A stretch of DNA of 64,000 nt from a virus (lineage: Duplodnaviria > Caudoviricetes). The notes below the pieces were generated by a model, which was given only the letters and a program-made list of their open reading frames with translations, ran no database searches and had not been told where the DNA came from. The translations under genes and the position numbers were made by a program. Each line of letters opens with the position of its first letter. Within the stretch, counting starts at the first letter, position 1. The stretch spans positions 2,066 to 66,065 of IMG/VR virus record IMGVR_UViG_3300044712_000363; one strand, 5' to 3'. Shown here piece by piece: positions 1-9,010 of this stretch.

Positions 1-2
1 CC

Positions 3-218
3 AGCTGGCTTTTAGGGGAAACCGATATACGTCTACCATATGGAGTTATTGACAGTACAAAACAATTTACGGAGGAAACAAAAAAAGAACTGAATATCGA
101 ATCAGTTCAACATGAAATGAAAGACGGCATCAACGAAAAGGAACTTACACCGGAACAATTAAAAATGATTAAAGCTACAATTACCGAAGTAATAAGCGAA
201 CTAAAAAAACAGGGTTGA
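3..218 (+). CDS. 3' part of XRE-family (CI-like) repressor, 5' truncated by window
   Basis: Frame 3 reads SWLLGETDIRLPYG...ELKKQG*; 'SWLLGETD' resembles the last helix of HTH_XRE domains; co-oriented with integrase. Confidence 0.6.
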   Translation, partial: SWLLGETDIRLPYGVIDSTKQFTEETKKELNIESVQHEMKDGINEKELTPEQLKMIKATITEVISELKKQG

Positions 219-401
219 TTACCCTGTTTCTTTTCTGTATGCATGGTCTAGGATTTCAATTACCCCGAAGTCTTTTGTGTTTACGCATACTCTCTTCACA
301 TCCCCGAGGTCTGCATAAACAATAGTTGCCGGTTTTTCCCACTCTACCGTGTTACAACATTCCTGCATCTGGTCACAACACCTCCGTGCGAAACATTTCA
401 C
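219..401 (-). CDS. small hypothetical protein in lysogeny region
   Basis: 60-aa ORF convergent with repressor; start uncertain. Confidence 0.3.
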   Translation of the reverse strand: MKCFARRCCDQMQECCNTVEWEKPATIVYADLGDVKRVCVNTKDFGVIEILDHAYRKETG

Positions 402-497
402 GCTCTAGTAGACAAATGTATTAAACTTCGCTAAACCCGAGTAAAAAACCTCCTATAAATTACCACAAAATTTTAACAAATTTATACACATATATCA

Positions 498-511
498 CGA
501 ACATATGTTTG
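498..511. promoter_or_regulatory. LexA/DinR (SOS) box
   Basis: CGAACATATGTTTG, close to the Firmicute consensus CGAAC-RNRY-GTTYG, in an AT-rich intergenic region. Confidence 0.65.
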
Positions 512-649
512 TAAAATAAATTATATATTAACTTATGAGGGTTGTCTATACGCATTATACGACAAATATGTGATATTTTTGTGAAGCCAAAGACTAAAAA
601 CAGGTTAAACCTGGATATAATAGTGTTAAAAAATTTAGGAGTGATTTAA

Positions 650-1111
650 ATGTTTAAAAAAATCCTTTGGTTATTGGTTCTTAGTTTCCTTCTCTCACCC
701 GCTTGCTTCGCTGAAGATGTCTATTGCGGCGACTATGAAGGTAAACCCGCATACTTGGAAGTCGAAAGCATCACGTCCACATCTATTAGGTCTGGAGATT
801 GGATCGCGACGGAGGACGGCATATTCCCGCGTTATTACCACAATTTTACCGCCAATGTATTGCTTGACGGCGTTTGGTATCAAGTGAATTTTAGCAAAGA
901 TCACGAAAACACCACTAACGTTATGATCCTAGACAAGTATAAAAAGAAAACATACAAATATATCTACACCATAAACTTTGATTTTGCTTATTCTACAGTA
1001 GCGGAATATTATCCGATAGCCAAAGAAAGACGAAACGAAGCCGCGCAAAAACGCTTTGAAGAAGCCGACCGTAAAGCTATAGAAGAGGCCAAAAGAAACA
1101 ACGCTCAATAA
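650..1111 (+). CDS. secreted/membrane protein of lysogeny module
   Basis: Signal peptide MFKKILWLLVLSFLLSPACFA; AGGAG RBS; TATAAT at 616-621. Confidence 0.75.
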   Translation: MFKKILWLLVLSFLLSPACFAEDVYCGDYEGKPAYLEVESITSTSIRSGDWIATEDGIFPRYYHNFTANVLLDGVWYQVNFSKDHENTTNVMILDKYKKKTYKYIYTINFDFAYSTVAEYYPIAKERRNEAAQKRFEEADRKAIEEAKRNNAQ

Positions 1112-1219
1112 TACCGTGCACATCTATTATATTTTAAGTAAATTTTCAGACAATGGGCTTCGGTCCCGATTTTCAAGGACTTTTGGCTAAAAACACTATA
1201 CACTTTTTACACATAAAGG

Positions 1220-2689
1220 ATGATAAGCATGTCTAAAAATGATAGAATTCGGGCCGTCGGCTATGCTCGTGTCAGTACTGATGAACAAGCAGAACAAGGG
1301 ATCTCTATACCTTTGCAAAAGTCAAGAATCACGTCCTATTGCCAGGCGAAAGGCTGGCATCTGGAAGGTTTTTATGTTGATGATGGCTATTCCGGCAAGA
1401 ATCTCGAAAGAAAAGATATGCCCCGGCTTATAGATGATTCAAAAACAAAGAATTTTGATATTGTTGTCGTAGTCAAGCTGGACCGTCTATCCCGCAAACA
1501 ACGTGATATTATGTATTTAATCGAGGATGTCTTTACCCCTAATACTATTGAGTTCGCATCCGTCACCGAAAATTTTGACACTACCACATCAATGGGGCGG
1601 GCCATGCTAGGCATAATGGCCGTATTTGCCCAACTGGAACGTGAGACTATTGTCGAACGTGTTTTGAGCGCAAAAGAGGAAGCGGCCAAGCAAGGGAGAT
1701 TTGGCGGCGGTGATGCACCATATGGATATGACTATGATAAAACCAAAAATAAAGATGAGAAGCGTTTAATGCCCTCAGAACGGGCCGAAACGGTGCAATT
1801 GATATATGACCTATACACGATAGACAAACACGGCTTTAAAATGATTGCAAACATCTTAAATGAAAAAAGGATCTCCACACCCAAGGGAAGTAAGAAATGG
1901 GACCATAGTTGTGTGCGGTTTATTTTGGGCAATCCTCATTACATTGGATACGTCCACCGCTGCGGCATTAAATATCCCGGCAAACATAAAGCCATAATCC
2001 CCCGCGAGCAATGGGACGAGGCCCAGGAGATGATGAAGTCCCGTTATAGACCCAGACCTACCAAAGATCCCAATAACCTCCTGACGGGGATAATATGGTG
2101 CGCTGAGTGCGGAGCCCGGATGCGATTTAAGACGCACGGGCAAACAGGCATGCAGCATTATGTCTGTTACTCCAAATTAGGCGACTATCAAATGTCCAGG
2201 GGACCGTGCGACAGTATATTTCAGCAAGCTATAAAAATCAATGACGACGTTGTTAAAAAGCTAATGAGATATAGCGCCAATGAGCGCATGGCAAGAAATG
2301 CCGTCATGAAAAAAGTGGGATCTGCACCCACGCACGAAAAAGTATTGAAAGTTTTACGCAAGGAGTTTGCCTCTATCCAGTCAAAGATTGAACGGTGGGA
2401 AGAATTGTATGAGAAAGGCGATGCCGAACCGGACTTGTTTGTTGATCGCGTGAAAAGTCTCCGGCTAAAAAGGGTTGACATTGAAAATCAAATTTTAGAA
2501 ATCGAAGCCCAGGAACAAAAAGAAAACTCCCGGGCCGCTAGTGCCGAGGAGTTGCTTTTGGCGATAAAGGATTTCCGGTTTGTTTGGGAGGAAGCGAATC
2601 CCGACGAGCGCCGGACCATGATCACAAATATGCTGAAGTTCGTAAAAGTCAAGAAAGACGGGACTTTTGACTTTGAATTCGAGGAGTAA
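1220..2689 (+). CDS. large serine recombinase (integrase)
   Basis: YARVST catalytic motif, KLDRLSR, recombinase domain, Zn ribbon (CAECG...YVC...C), coiled coil. Confidence 0.97.
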   Translation: MISMSKNDRIRAVGYARVSTDEQAEQGISIPLQKSRITSYCQAKGWHLEGFYVDDGYSGKNLERKDMPRLIDDSKTKNFDIVVVVKLDRLSRKQRDIMYLIEDVFTPNTIEFASVTENFDTTTSMGRAMLGIMAVFAQLERETIVERVLSAKEEAAKQGRFGGGDAPYGYDYDKTKNKDEKRLMPSERAETVQLIYDLYTIDKHGFKMIANILNEKRISTPKGSKKWDHSCVRFILGNPHYIGYVHRCGIKYPGKHKAIIPREQWDEAQEMMKSRYRPRPTKDPNNLLTGIIWCAECGARMRFKTHGQTGMQHYVCYSKLGDYQMSRGPCDSIFQQAIKINDDVVKKLMRYSANERMARNAVMKKVGSAPTHEKVLKVLRKEFASIQSKIERWEELYEKGDAEPDLFVDRVKSLRLKRVDIENQILEIEAQEQKENSRAASAEELLLAIKDFRFVWEEANPDERRTMITNMLKFVKVKKDGTFDFEFEE

Positions 2690-2692
2690 TTT

Positions 2693-2742
2693 GCGTACCT
2701 AAAGGGGGAACGCGCCTTAGTGCTCTCCACCACTTGGTACGC
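2693..2742. other. candidate attP site
   Basis: 50-bp imperfect inverted repeat GCGTACC...GGTACGC centred on TT (2717-2718), just after integrase stop. Confidence 0.7.
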
Positions 2743-2776
2743 GAGAGGATTTTCCTTCATTATAAATGCGACGTAT

Positions 2777-2986
2777 TTATTCATTTTTTTTTAGAAGTTG
2801 ATTGTAATACCAAAATAGAGCGTCATTTATTATTCCTGACTGTTCCTGCTTGGTGATTTTTTTTATTGATTGACAGAGCCTTACGATGCTTCTCCACTCT
2901 TTCTCGGTGGCCTTGAGGGCTTTGTTTTTTTTGTCCGACGGTGGCCGGCCAACTTTTTTAGGTTCGGTCAAACTAATCACTCCCAT
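2777..2986 (-). CDS. small DNA-binding protein (GRP motif, RHH-like)
   Basis: PKKVGRPPSDK then strand-helix-helix pattern; last gene of the IbrAB operon. Confidence 0.6.
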   Translation of the reverse strand: MGVISLTEPKKVGRPPSDKKNKALKATEKEWRSIVRLCQSIKKITKQEQSGIINDALFWYYNQLLKKNE

Positions 2987-3492
2987 GATCTTGAATATTC
3001 GCGGTCGGCAAACAATCCCGCCAGACCAGTAATTTGTTTTAACCTCAAAATTTCATCAGCATCCATGCCCAGTTTTTTAGCTATCCATGTATCTGATTTC
3101 CCCATCTCAACCAGCTCGGCTACGATGTTACTCATTAGATCGACATCGTGGCTTCCCCTGGCTCGGTTATGGCGGATCGTGCTGGCCATCCTGTCGCCAA
3201 TCGGCTTATCTATCACCGATACCGGCAGACATCCGTTTTCCCGTTCAAAGATGTCTTTATGTTTGAGCATTATTCCATAGCGGTGAAAACCGTCCACAAT
3301 TTCATACATGTCATCCTCTGAATGATAGTAACAGACGATAGGCATTGTATAGCCATCTTCTTTGATGCTTTCATAAAGGAGTTTCATTTCGGGCGGTGCC
3401 ACGGCATTAGGATTGTATTCGTTAGCCCGGATTTTCTCAATTTGTACAGCGATGACGTTATAAACGGGACTTTTAAACATACTCTTTGGCAT
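2977..3492 (-). CDS. ibrB: ParB/Srx-like protein, IbrB/YbdM family
   Basis: NEYNPNAVAPPEMKLLYESIKEDGYTMPIV, IVDGFHRY, STIRHNRARGSH; start probably 3492 or 3480. Confidence 0.9.
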   Translation of the reverse strand: MPKSMFKSPVYNVIAVQIEKIRANEYNPNAVAPPEMKLLYESIKEDGYTMPIVCYYHSEDDMYEIVDGFHRYGIMLKHKDIFERENGCLPVSVIDKPIGDRMASTIRHNRARGSHDVDLMSNIVAELVEMGKSDTWIAKKLGMDADEILRLKQITGLAGLFADREYSRSWE

Positions 3493-3868
3493 ATTCCGTA
3501 AAACCTCCCCTCTGGTTTTTTGCTTCAAAACCCTCTTCAATTAGCATCTTTCTCAGGTTTTCATTTTTAGTGGTCAAAGTAACATTGCCTTGGATGCCTT
3601 TTGTTGCCTCGGTAAAGAGTTCGCGGAAGATACCTTTTTGCCGGTATTCCTCAACAACGTAACAACTCCCGATTTGGTAGTGATTGGCCTTTTTCTGTAG
3701 GTAACAAAATCCTATGATTTTTCGCATTTCGATTGCGATAAACCAAACCTTCTCATCGTCGTCATAAATTTTGTACCCGATTTCCTTTTCGATATTACGC
3801 TTGGCTAGGAAAGGGCCTAGTAAGGTATAAAAATCCTTATCTTGATTTGTCCGCTTGACAATCTTCAC
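3473..3868 (-). CDS. GNAT acetyltransferase
   Basis: YVVEEYRQKGIF acetyl-CoA motif; lies between ibrA and ibrB. Confidence 0.8.
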   Translation of the reverse strand: MKIVKRTNQDKDFYTLLGPFLAKRNIEKEIGYKIYDDDEKVWFIAIEMRKIIGFCYLQKKANHYQIGSCYVVEEYRQKGIFRELFTEATKGIQGNVTLTTKNENLRKMLIEEGFEAKNQRGGFTEYAKEYV

Positions 3869-3878
3869 GTCGCACCCC

Positions 3879-5171
3879 CTATATATTCCGGTATTTTTCT
3901 ATTAACTGCCGTTGCCGCTCGACCTGATGCTGAGTCTGTGTAAACGACAGGCCTTTGCATAGGTGATCATTTTTAAGTATGCACATCGCCATCCGCCGCC
4001 AGGTAGGAGCGTGTCTTTTGCTTTCAATGCTGGCCGGTGCCGTATCCTCAATCCGGGAGTAACGGACTATTTTTTTGTCTTTTTTGCCCCGCGTCGCCAA
4101 GGTATCGGTAACCACAGCAGACGCCGGCAGCGCGTCCAGTACATCATCCGGCAGTCCGCAACCCTTACGATGCCAATAGCGCATGAATTTGACAAAATGG
4201 CTGACGTAATTGTCCCGGGGCTCAGGAGGCAAGGATGCCAGAAGCAACTTTGTATAGCTTTTCCATGTGTGGCCCTCTGGAAGTGATACCTCCCGGTATC
4301 CGATGGCCTTGGTGCCGCAGTATATGTTGCCGAAGTTAGCGCCGGACACCCGATTTACAACTTTTGCCCAGGTCTCGGGTTCAATCACCCGGAATAAGTT
4401 CAAGCCGATTCGCTGATCGTCGCCGTAGGGCTGACAGATTCGCATTTCATGGATACCAACACCCGCCTTATGAAACAGGTCGTATAGTTTATTATAGTCC
4501 CACCCTTGCCGGCCATTTGCGGTCCAGACGTCCTCTGTTCGCCAGTCATAAATTGGGTAGGCGTTATATATGTTATCGGATAGCTTAGTAGTCCATTTTA
4601 GTCTCTGGTAGGTTCCCTTCGTTTCGCTGGCAATCGTGCGGAACCGATTCAGACTCTCATCGGACCGGATACCGACAAGGCATGCTGTTTTCTCACCTTG
4701 CGAATACCATTCGCTGAATGCCGGAACGAATTGTTCAAACTCCATACGGTACCGGTAAAACGGGAAATATGATCGGTCGGTTATGGCTGGGAAGTCTGGG
4801 AATGACCTGATCCACTTATCCTCCTGTCCGGGTTCCCAACAACACCAAAACGGGTTATACATAGTTACTGCATTCCGCAGGTTAAGAGGCAGACATACCC
4901 AATATGGATCTATTAAATCGGCGTTATTGGTCAGCATCCGTTGCATGTATTCAATCGTTTCCTGGTATTGTCCCTCTAAGTCCAGAAATAGCACACCGAT
5001 TTTCAGGGTAATGTTATTAGTTCGCATATAATCCAGCACCAGGTTCAATACCACGCCGCTATCTTTGCCGCCGGAAAAAGATACACAAATATGGTCGAAT
5101 TCGCGGAATATGATAGCAATGCGTTCAACTGCCGCATCGTAGACAGTTTTTTGCAGATACCGTTTGCTCAT
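3879..5171 (-). CDS. ibrA: PAPS-reductase/PP-loop protein with DUF3440, IbrA/YbdN family
   Basis: VSFSGGKDSG PP-loop, GIRSDESLNR, YPIYDW, MRICQPYGD, WRRM..CILKND. Confidence 0.92.
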   Translation of the reverse strand: MSKRYLQKTVYDAAVERIAIIFREFDHICVSFSGGKDSGVVLNLVLDYMRTNNITLKIGVLFLDLEGQYQETIEYMQRMLTNNADLIDPYWVCLPLNLRNAVTMYNPFWCCWEPGQEDKWIRSFPDFPAITDRSYFPFYRYRMEFEQFVPAFSEWYSQGEKTACLVGIRSDESLNRFRTIASETKGTYQRLKWTTKLSDNIYNAYPIYDWRTEDVWTANGRQGWDYNKLYDLFHKAGVGIHEMRICQPYGDDQRIGLNLFRVIEPETWAKVVNRVSGANFGNIYCGTKAIGYREVSLPEGHTWKSYTKLLLASLPPEPRDNYVSHFVKFMRYWHRKGCGLPDDVLDALPASAVVTDTLATRGKKDKKIVRYSRIEDTAPASIESKRHAPTWRRMAMCILKNDHLCKGLSFTQTQHQVERQRQLIEKYRNI

Positions 5172-6613
5172 AGTGCTTTGATCATCTCCCTAAGTTTAAC
5201 CTTGTCATCCTTTATCCGGTCGACTTCGCTTTTAAAACTATCAGCAACATTCTCTTTTTTGACCAGCGACTTCCATATCCGGTCATCAATTGTTCCGCCA
5301 GCATGGATATCAATATACGTGACATTATGCTCTTGGCCTATGCGATGGCAACGATCCTCAGCCTGTAGTCGCTCGCTGTATTTAAACCCATTGTTGTAAA
5401 ATATAACATAATGAGCCTCATTCAGTGTCAACCCATGCCCACCGCAGGATTGTGTTGCCAGAAAAAACCGTGCATCCTTGCGGAACCTTGCAAGCTCGTC
5501 CTGCCGTTTCTTTTCTGGGATGCCCCCGTGGAACAGTGCAAGGGAATCCGGGCCGTATTCAGCGGTTAACGTCGCCTGTATTTGCTTGATGTCATACTGG
5601 AATTTTGCCCAAATAATGATTTTATCGCCCGCCGGGATGTCGCAGATAACTTCCGCAAGCGTGTCCGTGCGCCGGTGCGCGAACTCCAACATTGTAAATT
5701 TATCCGTCGATTTCAGCTTGTGGCCGCACATCCGCCGATGCCAAAACCCGGAAACAATCTGTTGCAACACACCGAACAGACGGAAGATTGTAACCGAATC
5801 AAATCCATCATCGTCAACAAGACTCAGCATTTCGTCCTTTGCCTCTTCATAAGCATACCACTGATCTTTCGTAAGACTAAAATAACGGGTTTCATAGAGT
5901 TTTTCCGGTAGTGTTAGGCATTCTTCCTTTATTACTTGGTAAACATACGGCTTAATCTTCGCGGCAATATATTCCGTGTTATGTGCCCGGACAATCATGC
6001 CGGGGAACTTCTCGGAATATTCCAGGTGGTTAGCGGCGAAGGAATAAAATGAATTGTATCCCAGGATTTTTGGGGATAAAAACCGCATCTGGCTAAACAG
6101 GTCTATAATGCCTTGACTAATTGGCGTACCTGTCAATATTAGCCGGTATTTTGCTATCTTGGACAATAGCGTGATCCGCTCTGTACGCAAGGACCGATGT
6201 CCTTTTATGTAGCTGGATTCATCCAGGATGACAAATGTTCGTTCAGTAATGATTTTATTAGTGGTCAGTATCACCCGGGTGCTGGAGGACATGGATTCAA
6301 TACCTATTACATACCAGGACGCCTTTGGGATATTATCCTCCGTTGTTTTATGATTAAACACATAGATGTCCTGACTATCCGTATGTTTTAAAATCTCTTG
6401 TTTGACGGTCTCCTTGAGTGATACCGGACAAAACCAAACGGCATGGTCAATTTTAAAGCGGCGCCGTTTAACCGATTCAATAGCCGTGCGTGACTTGCCT
6501 GTACCCATTTCCATAAATAACCCGGCAACCCGGGACGGTGATACTTTTGATACCGCCGCCTCCTGATATACCATTAAATCAGTCGTCGTCGCGAAGTTCT
6601 GCATCGATTTCAA
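5168..6613 (-). CDS. SNF2-family helicase/ATPase
   Basis: MEMGTGKS, ILDES, LTGTP, GLTL, QAEDRCHRIGQ motifs. Confidence 0.93.
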   Translation of the reverse strand: MKSMQNFATTTDLMVYQEAAVSKVSPSRVAGLFMEMGTGKSRTAIESVKRRRFKIDHAVWFCPVSLKETVKQEILKHTDSQDIYVFNHKTTEDNIPKASWYVIGIESMSSSTRVILTTNKIITERTFVILDESSYIKGHRSLRTERITLLSKIAKYRLILTGTPISQGIIDLFSQMRFLSPKILGYNSFYSFAANHLEYSEKFPGMIVRAHNTEYIAAKIKPYVYQVIKEECLTLPEKLYETRYFSLTKDQWYAYEEAKDEMLSLVDDDGFDSVTIFRLFGVLQQIVSGFWHRRMCGHKLKSTDKFTMLEFAHRRTDTLAEVICDIPAGDKIIIWAKFQYDIKQIQATLTAEYGPDSLALFHGGIPEKKRQDELARFRKDARFFLATQSCGGHGLTLNEAHYVIFYNNGFKYSERLQAEDRCHRIGQEHNVTYIDIHAGGTIDDRIWKSLVKKENVADSFKSEVDRIKDDKVKLREMIKAL

Positions 6614-7733
6614 CCTCCTCGGGAACCGACAGAACCGGAATATCCGTTGACACGGCGGGCATTATCTCCCGTTTTGGTTTTGTCACCTTGGCCGTCAATG
6701 TCGCTTCCTTGGTTGCTCTGGACATATCCGCTGTCTCCTGTGCTTTATCATTAAGCCTGAACCCATACCGTTCAGCAAAATCCAAAACTTCTTCGTACAT
6801 TTCTGGCGGTACTACTACTGACGGTTTACTCCATTTACTGCGTGGCAACCTTCGGGCCGCATTATAGATTTTTCCGTCGTCCTCCCGCCACCAAATAGCG
6901 AACCATCTCTCATATTCGCCATTCATACGTCGTTTAATCCACCGGGTATGTTCGGGTTCGTAGGTGCCGTTTATAGCCATTTCACGAACGTGAACATCGT
7001 ATATACGGGTAATATAACCTGACGCCAAGAGTATGTTTCCGATTTCTGCTGACCGGTCCTGCAGTGTACCGGCGGAATCGGGTAATTCGCGCCGCCAGCA
7101 GGTGCCAGACCATTCATATAATTGTTCTTTGATTAGATTTCGGAAATCCTCCCGTTTTTCGGGGAAATAAACCTCGATGGCATTATTCAAAGGTTTGATT
7201 TCGGCCACGGTTTCGGTTTTAGGATTTTCCGGTCGGACGGTAGCCTCCACTGAAGCCTCAATCACAACGGGTTCTTTTGTTTCGTTTTCCTTTTTCGCCG
7301 CTTTTATTTGTTCCATCAATAATTCATCCATTTCGCGCATACGTTCAATATGCCGGTGATCAATCCACCATGACGAGGAAGCCTGCTGCGTAATCCGATC
7401 CAGCGCCATCATAGCATCTTCTTTGCACTCTTCTTTGACATTCGACAGGCTTTTACCGATCCGCTCAAGGAGTTTCTGTCGGATAGTCTCGGCCCATGCA
7501 ATTTGTTTGTCGGTGCCCGTAAGCGCCGGCAATTCCTGTTCTTTTGCGGCTTCGGCAGCGGCCCGATTTTCCTCTTCGCGTTGCCGCTGTTTTTCTGCTT
7601 CCCAACATTCGGGACAAAGTTTTTCAGCTTCTCGCTCCAGACGCCATTCACGTTGCTTGCCAGGGCCGACGAGGCCGATAACGCCAGTATGTCCGCAAGT
7701 ATATGTCACATCGTATTTTGCCATTATTTCCAT
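6579..7733 (-). CDS. hypothetical protein with N-terminal Cys/His cluster
   Basis: CGH...CPEC and LPALTGTDKQIAWAETIR; coupled to helicase gene. Confidence 0.8.
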   Translation of the reverse strand: MEIMAKYDVTYTCGHTGVIGLVGPGKQREWRLEREAEKLCPECWEAEKQRQREEENRAAAEAAKEQELPALTGTDKQIAWAETIRQKLLERIGKSLSNVKEECKEDAMMALDRITQQASSSWWIDHRHIERMREMDELLMEQIKAAKKENETKEPVVIEASVEATVRPENPKTETVAEIKPLNNAIEVYFPEKREDFRNLIKEQLYEWSGTCWRRELPDSAGTLQDRSAEIGNILLASGYITRIYDVHVREMAINGTYEPEHTRWIKRRMNGEYERWFAIWWREDDGKIYNAARRLPRSKWSKPSVVVPPEMYEEVLDFAERYGFRLNDKAQETADMSRATKEATLTAKVTKPKREIMPAVSTDIPVLSVPEEVEIDAELRDDD

Positions 7734-7832
7734 GCCTCCTTGAGTTTGGAGGGCGACTATAGTATTATGTAGGTAAGCCGCCCTCCGGGGTTTGCTAGGC
7801 AGTCATTTCATCTTGACGGGTGATGGTTGCCT

Positions 7833-8111
7833 TTATTTTTTTAACCATGCTGGATTTAATGCCCTGTATGAGTCATAAGTGTAGAAATTTTGACCTAACA
7901 TTTCCAAAACATTATCATCTAAAACTGTGTCATAACCGCCTGATATTAGTTGCGTCTCCTCGTAATTAATTCTTTTCAACGTCTCGCTAGTAGCAATAAT
8001 AAAAATCTCATAGAACTCTTCTTTAAATTCTTCCTTTTGATGAATTGATACATCTTGTAATATTTGCTCCTTAATAGCTTCTAGTTTTTGCAACACTTCC
8101 CGGTGGGTCAT
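7833..8111 (-). CDS. small acidic hypothetical protein
   Basis: 92 aa, GGGAGG RBS, first gene after strong promoter. Confidence 0.75.
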   Translation of the reverse strand: MTHREVLQKLEAIKEQILQDVSIHQKEEFKEEFYEIFIIATSETLKRINYEETQLISGGYDTVLDDNVLEMLGQNFYTYDSYRALNPAWLKK

Positions 8112-8139
8112 TTTAATTTATCCCTCCCTGTATTTTGTA

Positions 8140-8173
8140 ATTTTAGTATATACTAAAATATACACATAGTCAA
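8140..8173 (-). promoter_or_regulatory. sigma-A promoter with palindromic operator
   Basis: TTGACT-17-TATACT on -; perfect 20-bp palindrome ATTTTAGTATATACTAAAAT (8140-8159) over the -10. Confidence 0.8.
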
Positions 8174-8204
8174 TACGGATTTAACATTTTTACAAGTTTT
8201 AGGT

Positions 8205-8231
8205 AAAAAAATAAACCCCGCCGAAGCGGGG
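8205..8231 (-). terminator. intrinsic terminator ending the lysis cassette
   Basis: CCCCGC-TTCG-GCGGGG then TTTATTTTTT on -. Confidence 0.88.
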
Positions 8232-8241
8232 GGATCAATGT

Positions 8242-8808
8242 TTAAAGCCAAGCATTAAATTGTAGTTTCCCTTGTCTCTCATTATTGTACTTTAATTCAA
8301 CATCAAACTTGCGCGACTGATAGGCCGCTATCACGCCGGCCTCTCCACCTAAGTCCTGGGACACTTCCGCATATGCGCCGATTTTTGCCCTCGGTTGCTC
8401 CAATGTTTTAATATCAATATTTACTTTACTGGTCTGGTTTAACTCAACCATGTTCTTTTCAAAGATAAATTTTTCGTCATCGGTTTTGGTGAACTTGCCG
8501 ACTTTTCCATTAAGCGTATAGGTAAAATCCGGCTTACCGATAGTAAACTTGCCGTCAAGTTGTTTTTCCACTTCTTGGCCGGTCTGAGCATCAATGTACT
8601 TAATAGTTTCCTTTGGCACATAGGCAATTTGGGTATCCGTTCGCGTGACAATCTTTTCAGTAATCACGGGTTTTTCTACGGTTCTTTCCGTGATTTGTTT
8701 TTCGGTTAGGCGCGGCCCCCAAGTATATTCGCCCCACGCACCAATGCACCCGCCAAGAATGAAGCATACAAGGCAGACTATGGTTAATGTTCTAATGCTG
8801 ATAAACAT
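8242..8808 (-). CDS. membrane protein at spanin position of lysis cassette
   Basis: N-terminal TM; C-terminal amphipathic beta strands ending KLQFNAWL. Confidence 0.7.
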   Translation of the reverse strand: MFISIRTLTIVCLVCFILGGCIGAWGEYTWGPRLTEKQITERTVEKPVITEKIVTRTDTQIAYVPKETIKYIDAQTGQEVEKQLDGKFTIGKPDFTYTLNGKVGKFTKTDDEKFIFEKNMVELNQTSKVNIDIKTLEQPRAKIGAYAEVSQDLGGEAGVIAAYQSRKFDVELKYNNERQGKLQFNAWL

Positions 8809-8819
8809 AAGGAGCCCCC

Positions 8820-8996
8820 CTAGCCTCCAAATACTTTAATCAAAACCGCTCCCGCAATAATAACCGCAAGTCCAATCCAGATTTCTTTCGGTACTCCGGT
8901 CTTTTTCTCCAGACGCTTGCCCTCCCGGTCTACCTTGCTTCCAAACTCTTTCCCTTGGTTTTCGATTCTTTTTGCTTCCTCTTTGATGTTCCCCAT
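8820..8996 (-). CDS. small single-TM lysis-region protein
   Basis: GGAGGAG RBS; C-terminal IWIGLAVIIAGAVLIKVF. Confidence 0.7.
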   Translation of the reverse strand: MGNIKEEAKRIENQGKEFGSKVDREGKRLEKKTGVPKEIWIGLAVIIAGAVLIKVFGG

Positions 8997-9010
8997 GTTC
9001 AATCTCCTCC

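Noticed and set aside
3879-5171. IbrA-like gene as a sulfur-assimilation cysH metabolic gene
   Set aside because: DUF3440 extension and ParB partner indicate the IbrA/YbdN family, not CysH
7745-7832. Two hairpins between ORFs 7833 and 6579 as a riboswitch
   Set aside because: No recognisable aptamer consensus; could be processing or stability stems
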